A stretch of 63,980 nucleotides of DNA, the filler included, from Octopus bimaculoides (taxonomy: Eukaryota), in NCBI RefSeq assembly GCF_001194135.2. It is 7 parts of 7 records of this genome, joined end to end, with 100 filler letters (N's around TTAATTAATTAA, not from the genome) between each part and the next. Parts side by side here need not be neighbours in the genome. Positions count along the whole stretch, not along the records: positions 44,095 to 55,767 come from NC_068988.1; positions 55,868 to 57,865 come from NC_069000.1; positions 57,966 to 62,865 come from NC_068981.1; positions 62,966 to 63,980 come from NW_026433367.1; 3 more parts are not named here. One strand, written 5' to 3'. Made by a program: the position numbers and the translations under genes. Under the pieces are notes generated by a model. It had not been told where the DNA came from. It worked only from the letters and a program-made list of their open reading frames with translations, and ran no database searches. Shown one piece after another: positions 49,329-63,202 of this stretch. Position 1 is the first letter of the stretch, and each line of letters begins with the position of its first letter.

Positions 49329-49559
49329 ACCAATATGGTTGTGTGGTTGGGAAGCAAGCTTCTTATCACACAACCATACAAAATTAATTTAGACAGCAGT
49401 TTGCAATGTTTCACCAAATAGCTATAATCGTCACTAAATGTGATTGACGTGTCAGAAATGCCTACATTGCTAGAAATAAGAGCTAAAATGCATCACTTCA
49501 TCACACGTTGTTCTGCGTTCACTTCGACAACTGACGCGAGGTACACTGTACACCTGTTC

Positions 49560-50510
49560 AGGAAACGTTGACTAGTTGGAGAGAGTGAGCTAAAGTACGG
49601 CACGAACATTCGTTCACCATAAACAAATCATTTGTATACCACTCAGTAGTTGTGTTTCCTTGGAGGTGGAACAATTGGCCACCACTGCTTGACTTCTATC
49701 TTTTAAAATGTGTTTTAACCATTCTCTGTTTTCCAACTGTGTCGAAGTTACGCAGCTTGCGATATATATCATTCCATGATCGAATTTATAGAGGGCCTTC
49801 GTTAAATGGATATATATCAAATCGACATTTGAACGGTTAAGCAACTGTTTCAGCACCATGTCAGAGTGTTGCAAGAGCCGTGTTAGGCAGCTTCTTAATG
49901 GTCGGAAACCATACTGGGTGTCAATCAGCAAGTCATTTTCTTCAAGGAACGTGACTACTTTCCTACGGACTATCTGTTTCATAACTACTGATATGTGAGG
50001 TTAGAGAGATAGGTCTATAGTGTTTAGTATCTGCTCTGTTACCCACTTCATGAATAATGCATATTATTCAACTAGCCTAGAAGCTAGGAGACTCTGGAAA
50101 AAGACTGCTGTGGTTTTCATAGGGCTCGTTTGCACGATTTTAGAAGGATTGCTGGTAAACTACCAAAGCCAGTAGTTGAGTTCATGTTTCTCTCGTCTAT
50201 AGCAAGGATTACGTCTTTTTTATCGATATAAACAATTGTTACTACCTCTCTTTTATGCCTGTAGTGGTAATGAACTCGTCAGGTTTGCAGACTTGAATGT
50301 GCCGTAAGGGACAGGTAAAAATAGTCTTGAATTTTTAAATGTTTCCTTCAGTATTTCGCTTATCCTCCCTGAGTTTTCCATAAGGAAGCCATCTTTTTGG
50401 AGGAGTGGACCTACCCTGCAATGCACTGTGGTAGTTTCTTTGGCAAGCTTAAAGAAGGCTTTAGGATTGGATTTTATATTTTCTATATTTTCTGCTCTCT
50501 TTTCCATGAG
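49560..50510 (-). mobile_element. CR1/L2-group LINE relic (linker + RT motifs)
   Basis: ENIKSNPKAFF...VGPL, then QYGFRPLRSCLTRLL...VDLIYIHLTKALYKFDHG (cf. QxGFRxGRSCLTQL, VDxIYLDFxKAFDKVxH), with frameshifts. Confidence 0.85.
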
Positions 50511-50576
50511 AGCATTTAGATTTTCCTAAATACGTTTACACACACACACACATACACACACACACACACACACACG

Positions 50577-50607
<31 letters not shown>

Positions 50608-51135
50608 ATNNNNNNNNNNNNNNNNNNNNNNNNNNNNNNNNNNNNNNNNNNNNNNNNNNNNNNNNNNNNNNNNNNNNNNNNNNNNNNNNNNNNNNNNNNN
50701 NNNNNNNNNNNNNNNNNNNNNNNNNNNNNNNNNNNNNNNNNNNNNNNNNNNNNNNNNNNNNNNNNNNNNNNNNNNNNNNNNNNNNNNNNNNNNNNNNNNN
50801 NNNNNNNNNNNNNNNNNNNNNNNNNNNNNNNNNNNNNNNNNNNNNNNNNNNNNNNNNNNNNNNNNNNNNATAATATAATACAAAGTAAATATCATAAGAT
50901 AATGATAATAAATTATGATATTTACTTTGAATTATATTATACTTATTTATTGTGCTTTTACTCATTAATTTTTCTATATGTGACAGTGGATTTTCATCGA
51001 TGAGTTCATGAACCTTGGTTCTTTTCCCTAAAACTATATATTTATATTTTATACTGTGAAACTTAATGTAATTTTAATTTTAATAGATTGAATTTAATTG
51101 AGTTTTTACCTGTAAATTTGGATTTTTATCCCTAA

Positions 51136-51201
<66 letters not shown>

Positions 51202-51564
51202 TATATATACCTTCATGCAAGTAAATGTGTATAGCCACTACTATCCGAAGCGCATAATATTCTGTCGCATAAGATAATATACGGTTTTAATTATAATAAA
51301 AAGAATATTTTACTTTTGAGATTTTTATTAAATGCTATTGGTATTTTTGACCCACTACAGTCTGTGTAATGGGACTTCTACATATTCTCCAATTATTACT
51401 TCCTACTGTTAAATATAGGGGTAGCATTCCACAGGGAAGCCACTGATATATAAGAAGATAAGATGATCAAAGGCTGGAACACATTTGATCATTGGTCTGC
51501 TCTATCAGCACTGACCTGGGATTAAACACAGTCCATAGCAACCTCACTATACAATAGCAATATT

Positions 51565-52030
51565 TATCAATTAGATAATTTGTATCTGACAATGATGAGA
51601 AAATTCTTAGGAAATGTAGAAATGTACGTAGCCAGAACGGAACACCAGAAAAACACGGATTGGATAAAATTCAACACAGACTGGTGGCAGAAGAAGTCAA
51701 GCAATTCCCTGAAAAAATGATGACCTGTGTAGATTGATAAATAGTGGATCAAAGCCAAACATGAACTTGGAAAGAGAGGAGGAAAATATTGACAATGCCA
51801 TGCTATGGATTTCATTCAGGTGTGGATCAATAATGCTTCGCATTAATAACAATCATCCGCTTTACAATATTACGGTAATGGAATTAAGAAGTTATTATCT
51901 TCTTGATTTTCATCATAGCATTAATCATGTAATTGTATCGGAATACCATCAGGCGTGGATCGTCATGAGGCAGTATCTCAGAGCACCTGATACCTACCGC
52001 TTGCGCTGTAATGCTTTTTAAATTTCAGAT
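51565..52030 (-). mobile_element. Possible highly decayed RT relic (Penelope-like)
   Basis: Weak resemblance of KSIAWHCQYFPPLFPSSCLALIHYL...HHFFRELL to the GxAMG...AP..A..Y...E region of PLE RTs. Not verified by search. Confidence 0.25.
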
Positions 52031-52197
52031 CACCTACAACATGAAGTAGTAAGAACACTAGAAGTGTGCTGAAATACTTTTCGGTTCATAGCCACTCGTT
52101 AAGTGACTCGTAAGTTAGTTCTAACAGGGAGCTGAAACCGCGTCAAATGTTCAAGAAATCTTTCTTCCTGTCGTTTATTGTATTGTTTATACGCGTT

Positions 52198-52272
<75 letters not shown>

Positions 52273-52709
52273 GAGAGAGCGACAACAGTAAAGGAAAACA
52301 AAATAGTGACTTATGATTTTTAATAATTGCAGTCAGTTAATTGTGGTCATGCTGCAGCACCATCTTCAATACATTTACATCCTTGATTTCTGCGCTTACT
52401 ATTTAGGGAACGGCAGAATTTGGGGTTGCTACCATTATATGGTACTTCATGCAGTGATGGTGTAGAATATTGAATTATTCTCTTTGCAATTAGTTTGGCG
52501 TCTACTCCATCCAAATACCTTATAAGCATGGACTAATATAAAACATTAACAAAATCTGAAACTAAACTAAAATGAGACCTAGTTTTTTCTTCGGTAGTCA
52601 TTTATCAATTGAAATACATGCTCAAATATATTAGAAGCATGTGTAACATGCATATAGTGCATGCATATATTATGCATTATATACGTTACCTACATTATAT
52701 ACATACATA

Positions 52710-52817
52710 AGATGGTGCCGAGAACAAGATGGCAGTAAAGAAACAGAAGCGGAAGTGTGCGGTAAAAACTCTAAAATAACTTTCAGCATTTAACTTTAAA
52801 ATCTATTGGCGTAAGTT
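52710..52817 (+). promoter_or_regulatory. Candidate housekeeping-type promoter/first exon
   Basis: Clustered AAGATGGTG and CAAGATGGCA (YY1-like) and GCGGAAGTG (ETS-like) motifs, followed by a donor-like GGC|GTAAGT near 52811. Confidence 0.3.
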
Positions 52818-53191
52818 TCTTCTTTTTCCCTGTGTTCAGAACATTCGTAACCACATTTTTCTTGGTATGACTGCATTAGGTTATACAAATTTCTTTTTAT
52901 CCTGACTGAGTTCCTCGATTATTTGAAACCATTTTTCTGAATACAAAATGCAACAAACCACAAGCATCACAGCTTGGCAGCGAAAGAGCTTCTATGTGAA
53001 TAGTAGGTCTGCAAGAAAGAACAGTCAAAATTCCCTAAAACCACACGTTATCGACTTTCAAAACAATTAAGGCGTACGACATCAAATTGAACGACAGCAG
53101 CACCCACTACACTTACAATTTTAGCTAAGACGTTATAAAACACCTGAGAAACAATAAAGACCTCTTGTTGCGGCGGCTGCTGCCGCTGCTG

Positions 53192-53223
<32 letters not shown>

Positions 53224-53379
53224 GCCACCGCTGCTATCGCAACCGTCGCTCCAGCCGCCGCCGCCACCCCCACTACTCCTGCTGTTGCTGCTGCTGGAAC
53301 AATTTTTATATCTAAGTCCAACACAAAGTTCAATAAAAATAAGAGCAGTTTTAAAAATATCAAACATTTATAACATGTA

Positions 53380-53625
53380 ACGGTGCGTGGCCTAGTGGTT
53401 AGAGCATTGCAATCACAAGATCGTGGTTTCGATTTCCAACTGGCGGTGCGTTGTGTTTTATTTCACATTGCTCCTCTCCACACAGCAGTAAATGGGTATC
53501 CTTGCGACGGAAGGACCATTCCGTTCAAAGTAATTGTTGGCCTGCCCACATAGCCAGCTGGGTGGCATCATTCGAAAGCTGCGACAGTGTGTGGAGGCGC
53601 ATAGTGACTAGCGGCAGTACTATTG
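53380..53625 (+). mobile_element. tRNA-headed SINE
   Basis: GGTGCGTGGCCTAGTGGTTAGAGC...GGTTTCGATTTCC, with A/B-box-like head. Confidence 0.7.
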
Positions 53626-55266
53626 TATTCGATAGTCTGGACATATTGAGCTGTATGAACAATTGTAACAACAGTACTTTGTCCAACTCCCACGACTAAC
53701 ATCAAAGTTATATTTTACATGAAATCTACTCACAAACTAGTAATAAGAACCGAATTTACATCGAATCATGCCGTTAATACTTTGAGCATGAATGGTCATG
53801 TTGCCTTATGTGGTATTACTCCTACAATGAAAACGGGATGGGCATGAATGACATTTCTTTCGTCATAATGTTTCACACACGCCAAAAAATATACATATAC
53901 ATGTTTGTATATGTATACATGTATATATATATATGTGTGTGTATGCACCATGTCTCGCGTTTTTTTTTGTCTTTTTCCTCCGATTTTTATTAATTATATA
54001 CATATATNNNNNNNNNNNNNNNNNNNNNNNNNNNNNNNNNNNNNNNNNNNNNNNNNNNNNNNNNNNNNNNNNNNNNNNNNNNNNNNNNNNNNNNNNNNNN
54101 NNNNNNNNNNNNNNNNNNNNNNNNNNNNNNNNNNNNNNNNNNNNNNNNNNNNNNNNNNNNNNNNNNNNNNNNNNNNNNNNNNNNNNNNNNNNNNNNNNNN
54201 NNNNNNNNNNNNNNNNNNNNNNNNNNNNNNNNNNNNNNNNNNNNNNNNNNNNNNNNNNNNNNNNNNNNNNNNNNNNNNNNNNNNNNNNNNNNNNNNNNNN
54301 NNNNNNNNNNNNNNNNNNNNNNNNNNNNNNNNNNNNNNNNNNNNNNNNNNNNNNNNNNNNNNNNNNNNNNNNNNNNNNNNNNNNNNNNNNNNNNNNNNNN
54401 NNNNNNNNNNNNNNNNNNNNNNNNNNNNNNNNNNNNNNNNNNNNNNNNNNNNNNNNNNNNNNNNNNNNNNNNNNNNNNNNNNNNNNNNNNNNNNNNNNNN
54501 NNNNNNNNNNNNNNNNNNNNNNNNNNNNNNNNNNNNNNNNNNNNNNNNNNNNNNNNNNNNNNNNNNNNNNNNNNNNNNNNNNNNNNNNNNNNNNNNNNNN
54601 NNNNNNNNNNNNNNNNNNNNNNNNNNNNNCTATATATCTATCTATCTATCTATATATATATATATAGATATAGATATATATATATATATATACATATACA
54701 TATGTGTGTATATATATATAGAGAGAGATAGATACATACATACATACATACACACATACATACATGCATACATACATATTATGTGTCTATACGTGAATAT
54801 ATGTGTGTATATGTGTGTTGGCTTTTATGTTAGGTTCTTTTAAAAACAATTTAACATTAGACTGCAGAACTAATACTTTCATAGTACATGTTTATTGAAC
54901 TTTTACGAGAAGACGAGTGACAATAACTTCAAATGTTCGGCTTGCTATGCCCCACTAAACCGGAATTCTTAGAAATGGTGTGTGATAAATAATAAAAACA
55001 TGCTAAAATTATTCCACGACTTCTTATTTGTATTGTATCTGTACATGTGTGTGTGCGCACACACACGCATACATATGTATATATGTATGTGCATATATGT
55101 GTGCGTGCGTGTGCGTGTGCGCCTGTGTGTGTATTTTTAGATGTATATGTATACACACACACACACACATATATATATACATATATAAATATATATATAG
55201 AAAGAGAGACAGACAGACAGACGGACAGAGATAGAGACAGAGAGAGAGAGAGAGAAACAGAGAGAC

Positions 55267-55299
<33 letters not shown>

Positions 55300-55417
55300 C
55301 AGAGAGAGAGACAGAAAGAGAGAGACAGAGAGAGAGACAGACAGAGTGAGACAGACGGAGAGAGAGAGAGAGACAGAGAGAGACAGAGAGACAGAGAGAG
55401 AGACAGANNNNNNNNNN

Positions 55418-55740
55418 TGGGCAAGTGTCTTCTACTACAGCCTCGGGCCAACCAAAGCCTTGTGAGTAGATTTGGTAGAGAGAAACTGAAAGAAGCCTAT
55501 CATATATATATGTGTGTGCATGTGTCTGTGTCTGTTTGTATGTCTCTGTCTGTCCCCACACCATCGCTTGACAACCGATGCTGTTGTGTTTACGTCCCCG
55601 CAACGATGTGGTTCGGCGCAATAGATCGATAGAACAAGTACTAGGCTTACAAAGAAAATGCCCTGGAGTTGATTTGTTCGACTAAAGGCGGCGCTCCAGC
55701 ATGGCCGCATTCAAATGACTGAAACAGATAAAACAATAAA
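55418..55740 (+). mobile_element. Octopod SINE (head lost in the gap)
   Basis: Matches the body and tail of the 11678 family. Confidence 0.85.
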
Positions 55741-55867
55741 AGATTATATATATATACATGTATATATNNNNNNNNNNNNNNNNNNNNNNNNNNNNNNNNN
55801 NNNNNNNNNNNTTAATTAATTAANNNNNNNNNNNNNNNNNNNNNNNNNNNNNNNNNNNNNNNNNNNN

Positions 55868-55957
55868 ATACTAGCCCAAGGTGCCATGCAGTGGGACTGA
55901 ACCCGGAACCGTGTGGTTGGTAAGCAAGCTACTTACCACACAGCCACTCCTGTGCCT
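55868..55957 (-). mobile_element. Octopod SINE head
   Basis: Reverse complement of the tRNA-like head of the same family. Confidence 0.8.
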
Positions 55958-58167
55958 ATAGAAACGTCTTGTTTTCTTTTCCGTTTGTTTTCCTGTCTTG
56001 TTTTCTGTCCGCCACTACATTCCTCCATGGTACAGTTTAATTTGCGTATACAAATTTAATTTGTGATCCATGGGAAGAGCCATTTTCACGATGCGTCCTG
56101 CCCTACTCTTCGAAACGCCTGTGTTAGAATGGGGGTAGCTGATGAGGGAAAATGTTCTCTATGTGGCCTGTGTGTATTCTGTACTCTGGTTATTATTATT
56201 TTTTTGTCTACATTTTGTTTGCAATGTCCTGTACCCAGATATGCACCTATATATACAGGTAGACGTAGGTATGCACATACCGGTACGTATATATGCATAT
56301 ACTCATTTATTATTTGTTTTACATGATTGAATGCCTGCGTCATTCCTTGTAAGTAGTTTTGAACTTTATATTTTCTGATGCGACTCTAGAAGGTAGAAGG
56401 AAAGAATAGTCTTAAAGCAAGTTAATCTTTGACTTTGTATGTATCACTTTCTCTCTCTCTCTCTCTCTCTCCCTCTTTTACTCTTACTCTGTATATTATA
56501 TGTTGAGCGTGTGATCGATGTGTAAGAACGCCGGTACAGGTAGAAGGGAAGAAATATACAAGTTGCTAGAAACAACAGCCAAATCTCCCTTAAATCACAC
56601 AAAGTAAACGGAATTTAAAAAATCTAATTACTGCACTGGAAAGTTCACGACGAGAAAATTCCATTAATGTAAAANNNNNNNNNNNNNNNNNNNNNNNNNN
56701 NNNNNNNNNNNNNNNNNNNNNNNNNNNNNNNNNNNNNNNNNNNNNNNNNNNNNNNNNNNNNNNNNNNNNNNNNNNNNNNNNNNNNNNNNNNNNNNNNNNN
56801 NNNNNNNNNNNNNNNNNNNNNNNNNNNNNNNNNNNNNNNNNNNNNNNNNNNNNNNNNNNNNNNNNNNNNNNNNNNNNNNNNNNNNNNNNNNNNNNNNNNN
56901 NNNNNNNNNNNNNNNNNNNNNNNNNNNNNNNNNNNNNNNNNNNNNNNNNNNNNNNNNNNNNNNNNNNNNNNNNNNNNNNNNNNNNNNNNNNNNNNNNNNN
57001 NNNNNNNNNNNNNNNNNNNNNNNNNNNNNNNNNNNNNNNNNNNNNNNNNNNNNNNNNNNNNNNNNNNNNNNNNNNNNNNNNNNNNNNNNNNNNNNNNNNN
57101 NNNNNNNNNNNNNNNNNNNNNNNNNNNNNNNNNNNNNNNNNNNNNNNNNNNNNNNNNNNNNNNNNNNNNNNNNNNNNNNNNNNNNNNNNNNNNNNNNNNN
57201 NNNNNNNNNNNNNNNNNNNNNNNNNNNNNNNNNNNNNNNNNNNNNNNNNNNNNNNNNNNNNNNNNNTTAATCTCAAGATTTACGAAAAGATTTTCAAAAA
57301 AACTCAGTTGGTAGGGAATAAATGTTTGTTGATCGTATTTGAAAAAGATGTCTCGCTATTTTATTTTTGTTGTTATCATGGTGAAGGACGGAGTTAGAAA
57401 TGGAAAGTAAACTTACAATTAGAATGAGGTCATTGGTAACCATAGGTACATATATATGTGTGTGTATTTACGCATGATTGGTAGTGTGTCTGTTTATTTG
57501 ACTCTCACTCCTTTTCCTTCGTTTCTTTGTCTTTTTTCTTGAATCGTTCGTAAACGTTCATGAGAGAAAGTATCAATTGAAATGATTTGTAACAGGAGTA
57601 GAAATAGTTAAGTAGATTGTTTTAGAGGGTGAAAGTGATTTTGTATGTAGTTTTAGTATCTGTCATTACAGTATCGAAATGTGATTGTTTCAGTTTTGAT
57701 ATGGAAATAGTTTTCTTTTAATGTCAGTGTTTCTCCTTCCTTTCTTTTTGTATTTGTTGTTGGATTGTTCGTAAAGGTTCATAAGAGAAAGTAGGAGTTG
57801 AAAGAATTTGTAAAAGTATTAGAAAGAGGAAATAATATTTTATTAGAGGGGAAAATGTTAATTTTNNNNNNNNNNNNNNNNNNNNNNNNNNNNNNNNNNN
57901 NNNNNNNNNTTAATTAATTAANNNNNNNNNNNNNNNNNNNNNNNNNNNNNNNNNNNNNNNNNNNNTTTCTCTCTCTCTCCATATTTTTCGTAGCATCCCT
58001 TTCTGTCGATGAACGTAGGCTCGAAACGTCAAATACTTTTTCATTCTTCCTGAGTGTTAAACTAATACACCTGCTTAGAATTCCTTCACCTGTCTTTGTC
58101 TTTTGTTTTCTGCTCATTTGAACGATATATATATTGTATATATATATATACACACACACACACATAC

Positions 58168-58203
<36 letters not shown>

Positions 58204-58789
58204 AACAGTTGTTGTTAAGGTGTTGGTTGCTAATGTGCAAGTTAGAAGAACAGTGATTGAAGTTGTAAAGAGATATTTATTTACCGTTACTTTGTATATA
58301 TCCAAAACGATGACGAGTTTGGTATGTATAACTCGTAAATGGAAAAGCATGCGAGGTAAAAAGAGTTAATTTCGGCCGGTATGTGTGTACACGATCTCAT
58401 AGTAGTATATATAGAGAGATATGGTAATGTTACAGAGAAAATAAAGTAACTTAGTGAAAGTGAGAGTCGAGGGATGTTGTGTCTCACATAGTCGCTGAAT
58501 GTAACTTTCTTTTTCCCTCTGGCCGTTTGGTCTCTAGTGGCTGCCTGCTTGTGGCCATGATTAGTTGTCCGTTCACACTCACTGATGGTCGCTCTCACTA
58601 ACTTATTTCTTTATTTGTCAATGAATGACATACAGAGAAGGGACAATACAAGACAATACAAAACATTTAGGTTTGGGAGTTATGGCTTAATGGAAATCGG
58701 AATATGAAATCGAATAGTATAATGAAATCGAGAATCGTATAAAAATTTCTTTGATTATATTTTCGGGTTTGTGTTCGATCCGCCGGTGT

Positions 58790-59465
58790 TTTACTTTTTT
58801 CTTTTTTTTTTTTTTGTTGCCTTTTTCTGCTTATTACTCCATACTGTTTCTTTCAATATGGCTACTACGCAGAAAAATGACACCTCCTTTTCCTTGTTAA
58901 AGGAGGGAGGCGGCACAATCTTAACGATAGACTCAATCGATAACCGTACTCTTTCCGCATCTGACACCAGTTGTTCGACACAGGTTATCAGTTCCCTTAA
59001 TCCCTCACAATGTACGAAGGCTTGCGTGACAGTTTCACTGACACGCCCGCGCCTCGGGCATGTGGGCGGGATACTGACACCATGCTTTGACAACCTCTCT
59101 CGAACTGGCAAGGCCGATCGGTAGCACAACCAGGCCAGCGATTTCTGGAAGTTATCCATATACCTCGGCCCGAATTTTCTTCCGAACAGGTTGACAAGGT
59201 GTTCTTCNNNNNNNNNNNNNNNNNNNNNNNNNNNNNNNNNNNNNNNNNNNNNNNNNNNNNNNNNNNNNNNNNNNNNNNNNNNNNNNNNNNNNNNNNNNNN
59301 NNNNNNNNNNNNNNNNNNNNNNNNNNNNNNNNNNNNNNNNNNNNNNNNNNNNNNNNNNNNNNNNNNNNNNNNNNNNNNNNNNNNNNNNNNNNNNNNNNNN
59401 NNNNNNNNNNNNNNNNNNNNNNNNNNNNNNNNNNNNNNTTTCGGTCTCCACGTGATCCATGCTCC
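58790..59465 (-). mobile_element. L1/Tx1-clade LINE 3' relic (zf-RVT-like domain)
   Basis: DNFQKSLAWLCYRSALPVRERL.KHG...PTCPR...ETVTQAFVHC matches the W...H..LP...L...CP.C...ET..H.F..C signature. Confidence 0.75.
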
Positions 59466-60002
59466 TACGTCCCGCAGTAACTAACTTTTGCTTGGGAATC
59501 TTCTGTATATATAATTATCGGAAGATCGCGAGAAAGAGAGATATACCGTTATCCAATCAATGGGTATTTTGGGAGGTCTACTGTTCTGTCATTTTAACTC
59601 TCCATCGCATACAAAAGGTTAGCAGGGGTCAAGTGGCAAAGACATTATTCTGCTTAGCGAAGGCATCTGGCAACTGTAACTACTGTCAACTTAATGTTTC
59701 TCTATGGGAAAAGTCCGTTGTACTGTTAAGTGAAATTTGGCGAGAGAGGATCGAATCCACGCTATGCCTGCATGAAGCCACTACACACACACACACACAT
59801 GTATAAAGTCAACCGTTGGAAATGAAGTATTCTGACAACAGACACAACGCTAAAATGACTACATTATATAAATTGCTGAATTCACGGCTCTTCAGCAGGA
59901 TTGACGCAACTTTTCGTGCTATCTGTGACGTAAGTGAAGTAGAATAATTTCTTCCCCTATAATTCCATTCCTATCTTGGATGCATTATAAGAACATAAAT
60001 CG

Positions 60003-60215
60003 AAGGTGGCGAGCTGGCAGAACCATTAGCACATGGGACAAAATGCTTGGTGGCTTTTCTTCTGGTTTTACGTCCTGAGTTCAAATTACTTTGCCTTTCA
60101 TCGTTTCGTTGTCGATAAATAAGTACCAGCTGAACGCTGGAGTCGATGCTATCGACTTACTCTCTCCACTAAATTTCTTGGCTTTGTGCTAAAATTTGAA
60201 ACCATTATTTCAGAC
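60003..60215 (+). mobile_element. SINE of a third family (core CTTTGCCTTTCATC...GTCGATAAA..AGTACCAG)
   Basis: Head GGCGAGCTGGCAGAA...GAGTTCAAAT. Fragments of the same family lie near 14445, 28645-28740 and 36163-36230. Confidence 0.7.
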
Positions 60216-61841
60216 CCTGTGCTTTCAACTAGAAATTATTGTGAAAATATAAATCGATTCTAGTATTTGAAAGCAATATCCACTTCTGTGGGATTTTGAA
60301 CTCAAAACGTTCTGGGCTTCAAATCGAAACCAGATTGTAGTTAGATTTGGACGAATAATTATCTTCACTCAATCAAATCGGATCAGGTTCTTTTGTGGGG
60401 CTATTTGAAGTTAATTGATGATTTTTTTAATGTTTTACTGATTCGGAAAAATAAAAGACAAATTTAGATCTATTGGAATTTGAAGGCAGAAACGAATTAA
60501 TAAGTTAAACATGAAGCCTATTTCGCCAGTGTTCTATTGTTCACACCACACAGACTGGTTTGAATTAATAAGTTTTATTTTAGTTTTTACCGCGCTAATC
60601 CCACACTCCTTAACACCTGTAATCCCAATCGAAACGCGAGAATGCAGACATAAACATGTCAACATGATATCATATACTGACAAACAAATTAATTTAAAAA
60701 GTATTCAAATAGATTTCAAATACGGAGTTTATGTGCGAGAGATAAAACACAAAACAAAACAAAAGCGTAACGGTATGGCGCGATAACCTTACACTACAAA
60801 GAAAAAGAAATACGAAGTGGAAACAATGAGAAATAGTGAGCGCACTTTTCATGTTAAACTGTTGTTTCAGTAATCGGCTTAGATATGTAGCAGGTCTATC
60901 CGAATTTCTTTGTTCTTTTCTCAACTATAATTTCTCTTCCCTCATTCACATTTTTAAAATTTCCTTCATTTTCTTTCTCTAACACTCTCTATTTATTTAC
61001 GTCCCCCGCCCAATTTTCTCTCTCGCCCATTTTCTTTCATTTCTTCGATACTCCTATTTCTATTCTCTCTGTTTTGAACTATTACACTGTTTCTGTCCTT
61101 TTCCCTTGCATTTTCTCTTCACTTGCTATTTTTCTCTCTATACTTTTTATATATCTTCCTCTTCCTTTCTTTCTCTCTCTGTCTTTCATTCCCTCCCTCC
61201 CTCTTTCTTATCCTTTCTTTCCTTTCCTTCATTTCGTTTTCCTTTTCTACAGTTTAGTTTTTTTATTATTATTATTGTCTCGTCCTTTCTCCATTTTCCA
61301 CATTTCCTTCATTTTGCCCTCACCTGTCTGTTTCTGAACGCTTTGTTTCTCTACATGAAATTGTGGATCATCGTGTCGACATACGAAGTCGCTCGACCTG
61401 GTAGAAATAGCAGTCAAATCTTCCTTGAAATGCAACTACCATCGAAAATAAAAAAACAGACAAATGAGATAATATAGAAAAATAAAATACCTTAAGGGAC
61501 TTTTAAAATCTAAAAACAATGAGCAAGAGTGATCAGCTAGTCGAAATTTTTGAACAATAGTTACGATGTAGTTACTGTAAGTATATCTATATATTTAATA
61601 CTGTAAGTGTATCTATAATTTATACCTCACACCGGCTCTAACACCAACCTATGAAATAATAAAATAGAAAGGTGACATTAATGTATGTGGGCTGGTCTCG
61701 GAACTCGAACAAAGAAGTTTCTGCTTGGTCACTCAAGCTGCTGAAAATAACAACCAAATCGCTCTCAAATCACACCCTACCATCTTAACCCATTTACAAC
61801 GGAAATCAGATATACCTATTCAAAATTTCGTTACCCTTAAC

Positions 61842-61994
61842 CACTGGCGTAGCTAGGTGGAGGGCGTGGCGGTAGGGGCGGTTCGCCCCGTGCGGCACTT
61901 TTGGGTCTGCTGTAGGCAATATGTGTTTCTTGTGGGGTCCGGAAGGCAAACGGAAGGGCCGGCCCAGGCGACACATACTCTAGCTACGCTAGTG
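61842..61994. mobile_element. hAT-type MITE, 153 bp
   Basis: 15-bp TIRs CACTGGCGTAGCTAG / CTAGCTACGCTAGTG (1 mismatch) and a perfect 8-bp TSD CCCTTAAC on both sides. Confidence 0.9.
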
Positions 61995-62185
61995 CCCTTA
62001 ACTGCAGAAGGCAATTTTGCATATCAATCTATCTTTTGTTGAGGAATGTAATATTTGAAACTATTTTTTGTTGAGATATGTCAAGTTTACTGAGGCATCG
62101 TAACATGCAGAAAGTACATATTCTACTTTTTGGTCAATATTTAGCATCATTGTTGGAATAACCACTAAATTTAATTTCACAGTTA

Positions 62186-62221
<36 letters not shown>

Positions 62222-62477
62222 CTCTTTTGTTGCTGATGTCCAAAATTTAAAAAAAAAAAAGAAGAGAGGACGGTATATAGAGCGGTTTATTTAGAGCTGA
62301 TCGAGCGCTGGATTAACCATTAAGCAAAATAAGCACTTTCTTAGGGTATCAGGGGAAGGGAGGTACCACAGAATTGGTAAACGGTTTACGGCACAAAACA
62401 ATTCATTTTAAACTTGTAAAATAATATTCGAAGTGGTTTATATGATTGGAAATATAATTTCGAAATGTTCATGGTAT

Positions 62478-62865
62478 TGTAGTAACGCCGTGCGCATGCG
62501 TGGAATTAAACAAGCAAGCTTTCCCGCTTAATTCTATCTCTTTCTTGCTGGCCAGCAATAGAGCATGGACGTGTCAAGCAGTGTCTCCAACATTCCAGCC
62601 TGGAGACAGTCTCTTTACGTGTATAGCTGTCACTCTCCATCTTTCGGACTTACACTCGACAGCTCGCTCACATCTACATAACAACGTCCCAACAACTATG
62701 CTCACACACATAGAAGCTGTAACAACAAGAGCTAAAGATGTATATATTTACCACCTGAATAAATGTTGTTTAAGTTGATAGTCTGGAGTTCAGCGTTCCA
62801 TTATATATTCTTAATTTTATATAGGAAAGTCAGGTGTACATCTAATGATGTATAACCAACTTTCC
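62478..62865 (+). mobile_element. LTR-like element, homologue of 35210-35545
   Basis: See 35210. This copy has an internal ~60-bp expansion and is cut by the contig spacer. Confidence 0.4.
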
Positions 62866-63107
62866 NNNNNNNNNNNNNNNNNNNNNNNNNNNNNNNNNNN
62901 NNNNNNNNNTTAATTAATTAANNNNNNNNNNNNNNNNNNNNNNNNNNNNNNNNNNNNNNNNNNNNATATATATATATATATATATATATAAATGTATATA
63001 TATAACATATATATAGATAAACATATACATATATATATAAACATATATATATATGTAAATATATATGTAAACATATATATATATATATATATATGCATAT
63101 ATATATA

Positions 63108-63138
<31 letters not shown>

Positions 63139-63166
63139 AACATGTATATATATGTANNNNNNNNNN

Positions 63167-63202
<36 letters not shown>

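Noticed and set aside
53165-53300. GCN/CTA triplet tract giving poly-Ser/Gly/Ala/Leu ORFs
   Set aside because: Low-complexity repeat with no splice or homology support.
58000-58035. GATGAACGTAGGCTCGAAACGTC hammerhead-like motif
   Set aside because: The core has two mismatches (UCGAUGA) and stem I does not pair. It is probably a Penelope-type end but cannot be supported as a ribozyme.
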